Source: Phaeosaccion multiseriatum
Lineage: Eukaryota; Protista; Ochrophyta, other classes
Assembly: GCA_965112735.1 (NCBI GenBank)
Contig: OZ218958.1
Span: 2,976,001-3,040,000 of the forward strand
DNA length: 64,000 bases
Direction of reading: 5' to 3'
Part shown: positions 45,294 to 56,165 of the stretch, piece after piece
How positions within the stretch are numbered: the stretch's first letter is position 1
Layout: each line of letters begins with the position of its first letter
The notes under the pieces: generated by a model
Databases searched by the model: none
The model's input: only the letters and a program-made list of their open reading frames with translations
What the model was told of the DNA's origin: nothing
Position numbers and translations under genes: made by a program

Positions 45294-46865
45294 ATGGAAG
45301 AAAGCCATGAAGAGACTGGTGGAGCGGGGGGAAATTTGCCAGAGCGCACCAGTCTCAGCAGCAGCGGGCCGGCGGCATTGAAGGTGGTTGCTGGTCGTGA
45401 TGGTGTTTCAAACAAGGCTCTGTGGGGCGTATGCAAGGTGGTCGACAAGGAAACCTCACGCGCTTTGGTGATCAACGCCGACATGCCCCAAGCTATCCAG
45501 TCGCGTGTGCTGAGTACGCTGAAGCAGCAGCAGCGGGAGCGCGAGAAGTCTCAACACTCCCAGGAAGGGCTTCGAAGGTCGGGAAGGATAAGGGCGAGGC
45601 AGCTGGACCATGGTATGGCGGGCTCCTTTCGCGTCAAGGCGGTGCGCCTCGGCATCCAACGCCAAGACGCTGACGAGCTGACTCCTGCTGATGGGGCTCT
45701 TGCTGTCAAAGTGTTGGCACTGCTGCCACTCTTGGTCAAGCGTGTGGGGTTTTCGGAGTTCTTCGATGCGTGCCGCGTTGTTGTACCGAGCGGCGTGGAG
45801 GAGGTGGAGTTTGCACGGAACTCAAGGTTCAACAGGCCAATCGTTCTCCCTTCCTCACTGAAGAAGGTCACTTTTGGAAAATGGTTCAATCAGGCTGATT
45901 TGGTGCTACCAAGCTCTCTGAAGGTGCTGGACTTTTCAATACTCTCAGATTTCAACAGGCCAGTCGTTCTCCCCCCCTCGCTGAAGAAGGTCACTTTTGG
46001 AAATTACTTCGATCAAGCTGATTTGGTGTTACCAAGCTCTCTGGAGGAGCTGGAATTTGTATGGAACTCAATGTTCAACAGGCCAATCGTTCTTCCCCCC
46101 TCGCTGAAGAAGGTCACTTTTGGAGAAGACTTCGATCAGGCTGGTTTGGTGCTACCAAGCTCTCTGGAGGAGCTAAAGTTTGCATGGAACTCAAACTTCA
46201 ACAGGCCAATCGCTCTCCCTTCCTCGCTGAAGAAGGTCACTTTTGGAGAACACTTCGATCAGGCTGATTTGGTGCTACCAAGCTCTCTGGAGGAGCTGGA
46301 TTTATGGGACTCAAGGTTCAACAGGCCAATCGCTCTCCCGTCCTCGCTGAAGAAGGTCGCTTTTGGAGATTGCTTCGATCATGCTGATTTGGTGCTACCA
46401 AGCTCTCTGGAGGTGCTGGAGTTTTCAGAGCACTCAGAGTTCGACAGTCCAATCGTTCTCCCTTCCTCGCTGAAGAAGGTCACTTTTGGAATAGCCTTCG
46501 ATCAGGCTGATTTGGTGCTACCAAGCTTTCTGGAGGAGCTGCAGTTTTCATGGGACTCAAGCTTCAACAGGCCAATCGTTCTTCCCCCGTCGCTGAAGGA
46601 GGTCACTTTTGGAGGTGGATTTAATCAGCATGTGGTCCTTCCCAATGGTGTGGAGGAGGTGGAAATGGGGCGTGACTTTAACCTCCCCCTGGACCTCCCT
46701 CCCTCTCTGCGGGCTCTTACACTGAGTCCTGTATACTCCTGCCCTCTTCCGAGCCTACCTGCTGGGCTGAAGAAGCTTACGGTGGGGGTGGGGTACCCGC
46801 TGCCTGCAGATCTACCCGAGGGGCTTCAGGTACACCAACATCGCTTTGAAGGATTAATCGATTAA
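45294..46865 (+). CDS. FNIP-repeat protein copy 6, 523 aa
   Basis: Intact ORF with 7 units; a mosaic of copies 2, 4 and 5. Confidence 0.9.
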   Translation: MEESHEETGGAGGNLPERTSLSSSGPAALKVVAGRDGVSNKALWGVCKVVDKETSRALVINADMPQAIQSRVLSTLKQQQREREKSQHSQEGLRRSGRIRARQLDHGMAGSFRVKAVRLGIQRQDADELTPADGALAVKVLALLPLLVKRVGFSEFFDACRVVVPSGVEEVEFARNSRFNRPIVLPSSLKKVTFGKWFNQADLVLPSSLKVLDFSILSDFNRPVVLPPSLKKVTFGNYFDQADLVLPSSLEELEFVWNSMFNRPIVLPPSLKKVTFGEDFDQAGLVLPSSLEELKFAWNSNFNRPIALPSSLKKVTFGEHFDQADLVLPSSLEELDLWDSRFNRPIALPSSLKKVAFGDCFDHADLVLPSSLEVLEFSEHSEFDSPIVLPSSLKKVTFGIAFDQADLVLPSFLEELQFSWDSSFNRPIVLPPSLKEVTFGGGFNQHVVLPNGVEEVEMGRDFNLPLDLPPSLRALTLSPVYSCPLPSLPAGLKKLTVGVGYPLPADLPEGLQVHQHRFEGLID

Positions 46866-47796
46866 TCACTACTTTTCAAGCCTACTAGAATGTCCCGTGC
46901 AGATTTCGACAGTGTACCAACCGCATGGGTCCGCGGGAGCGGAGGCGAAAGTAAGCCCTGCTAACCTGCCCCACCCACCCCCTCCACTCCTCCCTTCGGC
47001 TGCGGTGCGACAACCCAGTGCCTTCTTGGACTATCTCCCTCATCCACACTGCCTGCCTGCTCTCAGAGTGTCTGCAGTCCCAAGCCTCGACTCGCCTACG
47101 CCAAGAGAGAGTCCACGAAGGCTGCCACCGTCTGCCGCTGCCGCCACGGGAGGCGCGCCCTCTCTTCCTTGAGCACAAGGGTAATCTCCACGCTCGAAGC
47201 TTGACGCTGCTGCTGCACCACCAACTGTCGCTGCTGGCGCCGGGGCTGACTGTGCTGGAGGCTGTTTGCCGCAGCGGTGCCCTCAGTGGCAGCAGACGGG
47301 GCGACGGAGAGGAGCGTCACCAGCAGCAGAATAGGGGCGGCATCGTCCTCGTCTTGCTCGCCGTCCCCGTCCGGGCCTCCCTCAGCCTCGCCATTGCCCG
47401 CACCAGCATCAGGGCCACGCGCACCCGCACCATCGTCCCCTCCTCTCCAAGCCGCCACCGCCGCCGTTGTTGTACCACCAACTGCTAGTGGTGCTTGAGG
47501 CTGCCCAATGTACACACCTGCCACTGTGCCCTTTTTCCAAGCGGGATTGCACGTTGGTGATACAGCAAATGGTGCGAGCCCACCCTCGACCGTCAGCTCC
47601 TCCTCCTCTGACTCTTTGCTCTCTCAGAGGAGCCGCAGCAAACAGTCCTACGGGGCGCTCTCCCTCCAACACCTACACCCATCCACCGAGCCACATACAC
47701 ATGGACGGTGCGCGGCTCCAAAACATCGTGCGACCACACCCCAAACCGAAAGAGGACGAGACTGAGTCAAGCACGCCTCCCCCACCCCGCCGGCGC

Positions 47797-47845
<49 letters not shown>

Positions 47846-47998
47846 TCAGGAGCAGGATCAGGATCAGGATCAGGATCATGATCAGGAGCAGGATCAGGAA
47901 CGGGAGCAAGGCTCGCTCCGTCAGAGGCTCGCCTTGCATCTAGCGTCCAACGCTGGAAGCGGCACTGGCTGTAACTGTTTTGAAACTGTTCAAGTCCG

Positions 47999-48734
47999 TC
48001 ACCAGGGGGGGCGAGTCATGGACATGGTGGCTTGTCCGGCGTCCACCGCTCCGACGGCGGCCTTCTTGAGACGCAACCCTCGCCCCACAAAGAGAGACCC
48101 GGCCACAGACAGGGTGGAGTCAGCCTGTGACATCACAGGTATTGCACACAAGAGTAAGTCAAGCGTAGAGCCGTAGAGTGTAGCATGATAGCGTTTAGGT
48201 TAGAGCCACACACACGTGCACGCACACACACACACGCGCGCGCGCGCTCGCACATTGGTGTGGTACTCAGTCAGCCAGTCAGTTGGTCAAGTCAGTCAGT
48301 CAGTCAGACAGTCAGTCAGTGGCTGAGTAATTCAGTTGGTGGCTGAGTCAGTCAGTCAGTCAGTCAGTCAGTCAGTCAGTCAGTGGCTGAGTAATTCAGT
48401 TGGTAGCTGAGTCAGTCAGTGCGTCATCAGACAGGGAGGTACACATTTGGACCGGTAGATAGGCCAATGGAGGGAGAGAGAGGTGGGGGGGGGGGGGGTG
48501 GACTGGCAGGCACAGAACCCCACAAGAGGATGTGTACTGTGGAGGCACTCACATAGGTCTGAGGTGTCCACTTGTTGGCCTTCGTAGCGCCACTGCTGGC
48601 AGGGTCGGTTGCTCCCTCTGCAAAGGGAGAACCGACAGGGGGTGAGGGGCGTGAGGGGGGTGGGTGGGTGGGTGTACTTGTCACAAGCAGGTTCAGCTCG
48701 GTGCACTTGCACAGAGAATGTGAGAGAGAGAGAA

Positions 48735-48779
<45 letters not shown>

Positions 48780-48781
48780 GA

Positions 48782-48819
<38 letters not shown>

Positions 48820-51634
48820 CAGGCCGGGCCAGGCCAGGCCACCAGATCAAACGAGTGGGAAAGAGGAGTCCGTGAGCGTATTTGGCTTGGCCTCTTGGCC
48901 CTCCATGCTCTCCTCTCCTCTCCCTCCATGCTCTCCTCTCCTCTCCCTCGTGTTTGTTGTTCTACTCATTTCTCCTCGTGCTTGTTGCTGCTTACCTTGG
49001 GCAGCGTCCCCAGGGGGGAGGTTGGTCTTGTGCCAGAGGGTGGCGTCGTAGGGCATCTCTCCCCTGTTGCGGGGGGTGGGTGAGGGGTTGGGTGAGGTAT
49101 GGCCAGGTGTGGAGCAACGACAGAAACCCAGCGCACACGCACACACGCACACACGCACATACAAGCAAGTAGGACCTTCCGTGAAACAAGTTGTGAAGTC
49201 CACACACTACAACCTTCCTCCACTCCCCCCCTCTCTCCCTCCCTCCCTCCCTCCCTCCCTCCCTCTCTGGCCCATGTCCCTCTCACTCACCCTCTTCCGC
49301 TGTTGATGAACTGCGTGAGAGGCGACGGCGGGCGATTGCCCCACTCCATCGTCGCGGAGAAAGTCTCTCCAAGCCCCACCGTCTCCGGAGAGTATCCGGT
49401 CTGTTGCAGCCTCCGCCTCAGGTCCTGACGCACCGGAGGGAGAGCCGTATTCAGGGAGAGAGAGAGGGAGTGGGCGAGGGGAGGGAGGGAGGGGGGGAGG
49501 GAGGGAGGAAGTGAGGGAGGGAGGGAGAGTGGAACGGAGAGATACAGGGAGGGAGGGAGGGAGGGAGGGAACATCTGTCCTTAGATCTCTGTGAGAGCGT
49601 GAGCGTCCTCCTTACGTTAGCATGCGTGTGTACCTGCATGCTGCCCGACGAGGAGGGGGTGCCCCGGGTGGTGACGAGCTTACCCCTGGCCGTCTGTGTG
49701 TGTGCGTGCGTGTGCTGCGTGTGCCCTCCACGCCGAGAGGCTGCATACACACAGAGCAGGGAAGGGTGGAGGGGGGCGTCAGCGCCACGCGCGCAAGCCC
49801 GTAGGCATTGGGTAAGCCGGCAGGCAAGAAGAGGGCACAATCTTACACCTTGATGTGCTGTAAGAACAGGAGTGTACAGAGCATACACATGCTCTGATAT
49901 GCTCTGCGGCTGAAAGTGAGGGCCCTCCCCCCCCCCCTCTAATACACAAGTCTGCCTGGGCAGTATCAGTTTTCATTTCAGTTTCAGAGTCACATGATTG
50001 GGTACAGTACTCACTTTGCCTGGAGGAGGCGGCGGTGTAGTCAGACTGCATCCGACGGAGCTCTCTGTGAAGTGCCATCTGTGTAACCGCCTCCTCCGCG
50101 ATGGTGTCTGGGGAGGGGGAAGAGGGGGAGGAGGGAGGCAGAACCCAAACCGAGACAAAGCGCACACACACACACACACATATATTCGAGGAGAGTTGGG
50201 GGCATAGAGGTGAGGTGTAGGGGAATAAAAGGCTTTTAATGCTGACCAGTGGGCAACAACAACGGCTACCCACCACCACCACCACCGCCACCACCATTGG
50301 TTGCCATCCCACCCCCTCTCTCACCGTCCTTGGCCACGACGTCTCTCTTGAGCTTGAGCACTCCCTCCTTGGTGAGGACCATCTCCTCGTGCTGCGCATC
50401 CATCTCCCCCCTGAGGGCCGCGTTCACCTTCTTCTGCGCCGTCAGCTCCACGTCCTTCAGCTGGGAGTGAATGAGTGAGTGAGTGCGTGTGTGGGTGCGC
50501 GGGTGGGGTGGATGGGTGTGTGCGTGGGTGCGTGCGTGGGTGGGTGGGTGGGTAGGTGGATGTGTTTCGAAAGGCGTATTTCCCCATTTGGTTGAGTTCA
50601 TTGTGAGCGAAGGGGCATGACGAGAGGAAGGGGGGGAGGTGACAAGAGAGGATTGCCTGCCTTCGGTGGCATGACACATTTCTATGCGAGCATAGGTAAG
50701 CTTCCGTCACTACTCAAGTCAACCCGCGTTGAGATGGCGTGCATGAAATGTCTCCATCCATGCCTCTGCTCCTGTGCTGACAGGGGTGGGTGAGGCCAAA
50801 AGGCACACGCAGTCCTCACCCTGAGCTTCGCCTCCATGTCCCGTACACGTGCCTCGGCCTCTAACCACTTGGTCTCTGCATCCTGCACAGTTTGATTCTA
50901 AAGGAAGGGATAAGAGAGGAGGAGTAGGAGGAGGAGGAGGAGGAGGAGGAGGAGGAGGAGGAGGAGGAGGAGGAGGAGGAGGAGGAGGAGGAGGAGGAGG
51001 AGGACGTGAGAAGAGCTCAATATGTTCGAGCAGAGGGAGGGAGCAAGCAGGACAGAGAGCGCAGCGCATTAAGTGTTCGAGTCGTTGGGGACACAAACAA
51101 TGAGCACATGTGCTCCATGAAACGCCTTGCAATACACCAAAGCGTGTCACCCCCGCTCGTCCCTTCCCCTCTCACACCCTCTCTTTCGGTCCTGTTCCTC
51201 TCTCACTCACTCACGCACTCAATCACTCACCGCCTCCCTCCTTCCCTCCTTCCTTCCCTCCCTCCCTCCCTCCCTCCCTCCCTCCGTCCGTCCTCTGTCC
51301 TGTCCTGCCACCTACCGCCTCCTTGCCCTGAAGCATGAGTTTGTCCGTCCGATGGAGGTCCTGCAGCCGCATGCTCCTCTCCTGCAGCCACCGCTCCTCA
51401 CTAAGCTTGGCCTTGCCTTCGAGCTTGGTGCGGTGCTCCAGCAGCCCCCCAAGGTCGTGCTTCAGAGTCGATATCTGTGAGGGCCGGGAGGTCCAGCGGA
51501 AGGGAAGGGGGGGGGGGGTGAATGAGGGCAAGGGAGGCCTTACACAGCCAAGCTCCTATCGGCCATCTCTCTCGTAAGGGTTGACGACGGAGGATTCTTC
51601 GCACAGACTAACAGATCCAGAGGCATATGGGGGG

Positions 51635-51702
<68 letters not shown>

Positions 51703-52865
51703 GGCAGACAGACACAACACAGATGGGATGGAAAATTGAAGGCATTGGCTAAGCACCCACCTCGTGCTCCATGAGGCGCATGCGCTTCTTCTGCCCCTCC
51801 CTGGCCACGTTCTCGATCTTCGCGGCCTTGTCGTAGCGAGCCACCTTGGCGAGGGCTTGCACATGCTGTGGAGAGAGGGGAGGGGGGGGGGGGTTGAGGA
51901 GAGACAAGTTGAGGACGAGAAAAGATAAATACGTGGTGCGGAGAGAAAGAGTGAGAGGGGAGGGAGGGGGCGAGAATGGGTGCGGGGAAAGAGAGGATGA
52001 GAAGAGAGAGAGGATATGGTGACCTGCAGAGAGAGAGTATGAGAGGGGAGTGCAAAGAAGAGTGAAAAGAAGAGTGTAGCACCCTTGTGCGCGAGCAATG
52101 GGATGGATGTACGCGTACCCACCTCAGATTTCAGTACCGATAGGCTCTCCTCGAGAGCGTCTGCCCTCCGAACACTTTGGCTCAGCTTCGCTCGCACGGC
52201 CTCCTGCACCGAGCGGGTTGAGAGATGGGGAGACGCAGAAGCAAGCACAGAAGGGATGGATGGATGGTCGGATAACATCAGAGTGACTGGCCCCTAACCC
52301 AAAAGGATGATGAAGCTCGCCCGAATCAGAGTCTGAAGGAGAAAGAGAAAGCGCGCCAGAGCGAGAGGAGCGCGAGGGCCCCCACTCCACCTTGGTGCTT
52401 TTCCGTACCGCTTCTTGATCGAGGTCAGCGTGCCCGCTCTTGTACACCTTGATGTCGCGCTCCTGAGCTTCGTAATCCTCCTAGAACGAGGAGAGAATGG
52501 AGAGGGAAGGACAAGAGAGGGTTGGGGAGGAGGAGGGAGGGGAGGAGAGGACAATACAAGGGGAGCAAGAGAAGAGAGTAGACTCGATGAAGAGGCAGGA
52601 TGGTATAGGGATGAGAAGGGGGGTAGTAGGAACCATCCTGATGTGTCTGCTTTGCTCGTGAACCAAGAAAGAAAGGCTAGACTCCCTGAGCTTCTCCTCC
52701 GGCCTTCGGTGCTCGAGCCATCGCCACTCGCGTCGATGCTATGTATATTTCTCGCGCCCCGCTTTACTATTTACGACTCACCTGCAAGCGCTTGTACTTT
52801 GTCTCCACCTTCTCCAGCTCCTCCAGCCTCTTTCGGAGACGTCCCAGGTCCGCCTTGGTAGCCAT
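47999..52865 (-). CDS. Multi-exon coiled-coil protein, copy 4 (array-terminal, possibly the ancestral position)
   Basis: Exon set matches copy 1, has a consensus GTGAGT first donor, and abuts single-copy DNA. Confidence 0.65.
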
Positions 52866-53004
52866 TCCTGCCGCCTGCCTATTGCAGCCCCATCACAGAC
52901 GGGCTCGAATCAAGAGGGAATACAGTTTCAGGACCCAGCTGTGATTTGGACAACCAACGCCCCCACACTCTGACGGGTTTAGGGATTTAGGTTTTGGAGA
53001 AAAT

Positions 53005-54452
53005 ATGGAAGGGGGAGAAGAGCTTGAGTGCTACAGCCGGTCCGCTGTGCTGACCAACCCTTACATGCTGGAGCACATCATCTCCTTCTTGGAAACGTCT
53101 TACCTCTTCGTGGCTCCCGTACACAGCACGTTTAGAGACTGCTTTGCCGCTCTCTTTGGGCCCAGTGGTAGTGTCTCGAGTGGGGCGGGCTATAGAACCT
53201 CTCTGGCGTCGGCCTGCCACAGCGTCGCTACAGTGCGCTTCGCCAGGTCTGAGGGTTTGCCGTGGGACCTCTTCGCCTGGCTGCGAGAGAACAACGGCCC
53301 TCTGAGCTTGGAATACCAGAAGTTCCACTCCACCTCTTTCCTTAGTAAGGGGCAAGCCGGATACTTCCTGGGACGCTACGGGGGGATTGAGGCCCTGGCC
53401 TTTGCCCTGAGGTACGTTTTTTGTGTGTCTCGGGCGATAGGGTCAGCAGTGGCAGCAGCAGTTGACGCAGTAGCTGCCAGTCGTTTCGCAGGTGGCGGGG
53501 GAGGGGGCTGGGCAGGGGTAGGCAGCACCAGTATGCGGCTACTCCTTCCACGCAGTAGCAGTATGTGGCTACTCCTTCCACGCGTCGAGGTTGTACGAAG
53601 ATGGGACAGCGATAGTCCACAGCTCGCTCTCCATCCTGACTGACATCTGCTGCCCCCCTCGCTCTCCCCCCCCCCCCCCCTGCTTGGATCTTCAGGCATG
53701 GATGCCCACTCCTTGCCTCCGCGTGTGCTGGGGCGGCAGAGGCAGGGGACAAAAAGACTCTCGTGTGGCTGAGGAATCAGAACATTCCGTGGGACAGAGA
53801 CACGGTTGCACTGAGCGCGCGGAACGGACACATCGACGCCATGGCCTATGCATTGGACTCCGGTGAGTTTGATTGTGAATGGGCAGGCCAGCTCTACATT
53901 TTGCTTGTTCGTCCATACTGCTTGCGGTTACAGATACCTGCTCGTGGAGTGTCCTGTCTCTGTGTTGTGTCTGCCTCCCCCTCTCTCTTTCTTCCTCTTC
54001 TCTTCCTCTCGCTCTCTCCCTCTGTACCTCTCCCTCTCGCTCATTCTCCCTCTCCTTCGTCTTCCTGTCTTCCCATCCCTCTCTCTCTCTCGCGCGCGCG
54101 CTCTCTCCCTCTCGCTTCGTCCTTGCTTCCTCTCTCTATCTCTCCCTTCTCTCTTTCTTCCTCTCGCTCTTCTCCTTTGCCTACAACATCATCCTGCCTC
54201 TTTGCCGTTACATTCTCCCTCCCCCCTCCCCCAAGCAAGTCCCCGATGTACACTCCGAATTTGATTTTACTCCTCACTCCTGCCACCCGTCTCGTCCCGC
54301 CGCTCTTGCACACCACAGGGTGCTCGTGGCGGCGGAGAGAGAAACGCAACCCTCGTGAGCCGCCAGACCTCAGTCTCTCTGACATCGCTTCCAAGCCTGG
54401 GAATGGGAAGGTGCTGCGGTGGCTGCTGGAGAATGGGTATCCGGTAGGATGA
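53005..54452 (+). CDS. Three-exon ankyrin-like (CPWD-type) repeat protein: exons 53005-53411, 53696-53862, 54319-54452
   Basis: In-frame GT-AG splicing gives SYLFVAPVHSTFR...ARSEGLPWD...HGCPLLASACAGAAEAG...WLRNQNIPWD...ARNGHIDAMAYAL...VLRWLLENGYP. Confidence 0.8.
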
Positions 54453-55204
54453 TGAGAGAGGGTATTTATTGACTTAATAGGAATCACGTTAGACACTGAA
54501 AGTGTGTGTGGGTGTGCGCGTGTGGGTGTATGTGCGCGAGAGAGAGAGAGAGAAAGAGAGGGTAATCTGGAATGGCGGTCGTGTGCGTGACCGCAAGCAA
54601 GTATCCAGTGGGACGAGAGTGGGTGGTGGGGACTGGCCCGAGTGTGTCCACAGCCGCTCCGTATCAGCTCGGCGGGATGGGCGAGATGTAGCGCTTAAGG
54701 TCATGTGAGAGGGATCAATGGCCCTTCCTTCCTGCCCGTTGCAAAGGGATGGCCTCGCATGGATGATACTCTAAAATTAAAATAATAGGGTTGCCTGCAT
54801 ATAGTTGCGTGCGAGAGAAACACCTCAGTTCTTTCTCTCTCTCACGACTACCCTGCCGGGCAGAACTTTTCGACCTCATCCGTGTTGGGTTGGCTGCTAC
54901 GGCCGAGGTGCTGGGTTGGCAACTGTCCCCCAATCAGTCGTTGAGTTGGAATTTCCGCTTTGTATTAACAGTTATTTACACGCACGCACGCGCACACATA
55001 TACCGAGACACACATACAGAGACACACACATACGCACAGACACTCACACACATTCTCGCCGACACACCTCCCTTTCACACTCATTACCCTCCTACCCTGG
55101 TTGCACCACTGGTTGCACTACCCTCCTCCCTCTGACCCTCTAAAGCGTCCGCTCCTGAAGCCCCCAAAGCCGCTGCTGCTCCTCTTCGATCCGTCTGTCT
55201 AACA

Positions 55205-55455
55205 CTCCTCTGTGAGACCCCCATGCCAATACTGTCGATAGTGGTGGCTCTGGAGATGGCCACGTAGGTGAGGCCAAACGTCTTCTCCTGTGTGCCCGGA
55301 ACGAGCACAACCTTGCCCCTCATGGTCTGACCCTGCGCCTTCCACACCGTCCACGCCCAACTGAGCCGCTCCTGACTCCTGTTGGCCGATTGGCCACCAG
55401 CACTACCTTGCCACTCAGCGACGGCTGGAAAGGTAGGCACCCAATGCTCCCCCCT
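55205..55455 (-). pseudogene. PIF1-family (SF1B) helicase C-terminal fragment, probably transposon-derived
   Basis: WVPTFP...RSQERLSWAWTVWKAQGQT...GLTYVAISRAT matches PIF1 motifs V/VI (LAWAxTxHKxQGxT; YVAxSR). No Walker motifs upstream. Confidence 0.75.
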
Positions 55456-56165
55456 CAAAGAAAGCCTCGCCTGTGTGGGAGGGAATGTCGACGACGACGA
55501 ACTTGGCTCAGCCGCGCTGCGCACAGCCGTGTCGCCCAGAGTAGACCCAGCTGATGCAAGGGTGCACAAAGCCTGAAGGGAGAGCGCGACGGTCGACACG
55601 ACTCCAAACCAAAGCCTTCCAGCAACAGTTTGAACAGCGGCATGCACAGCGCTCGCGGCCCCAGTACAGCCAGCCGAGGCAAGGGCACGAAGAACCCGCG
55701 CAGTAAAGACGACAACCACCAGCACGTGTACAGCGCGAGACCAAAGAAGGTCAGGGCTGAAGCTCTCCCCGTCCTCAGCACCGCCAATCCAGCCTCATCC
55801 CCTGGTCCGCCCTCGGCTGAGGTTGCTGCAAGCGGAGCATGGACGTCTTCTGGTGCTAGTGCTGGTGCTGGCGCTGGGACTGGTGGGCCAACTGCTGGTG
55901 CTGCTGCAAGTGGAAGAGAGTGCTGAGGAAATGCTGTTCCAAAAAATCTGCTATCAACCAGTAATCCTCCTCGTCCTCGTCTCCGCTAGTGTTAGTGTCA
56001 CTCTCAGTAGGGTCGACAGGCTGGATGAGCCACCCCTCCGATGTGCCCTCCTCCTCACAGCAGGCCATACGACAATCCAGGTGCCATGGTCAGTCGTGCC
56101 GGAGGAAGAGCACGGTATGAGAAGAGGTGGAAGTTAGAGACGCGGGAGCAGCAGCAACCGAGAAG

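Larger units (their letters stand above)
1..52960. repeat. Tandem segmental duplication array of ankyrin-like/FNIP gene pairs plus spacer genes (higher-order unit ~16 kb; open at the left edge)
   Basis: Near-identical blocks recur: AnkA stops at 3274/19325/43591 (first offset 16051), AnkB stops at 12727/28731/41271 (first offset 16004), coiled-coil gene x4, FNIP gene x6. Similarity ends at ~52960. Confidence 0.95.

Noticed and set aside
4991-46865. Diversity-generating retroelement (adenine mutagenesis) behind the NN-fixed codons
   Set aside because: Adenines in adjacent tca/Nca third positions are essentially invariant, and there is no template repeat or reverse transcriptase in the window.
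1-52960. Endogenous giant-virus segment
   Set aside because: FNIP and ankyrin genes are virus-like, but there are no NCLDV core genes and the interleaved genes have many spliceosomal introns.
1-52960. Array is purely an assembly artefact
   Set aside because: Copies differ by private insertions, deletions and many substitutions; only single homopolymer indels remain suspect.
53522-53584. 33-bp tandem repeat extending ORF 53005
   Set aside because: It lies in intron 1; the spliced model gives a better ankyrin-like protein.
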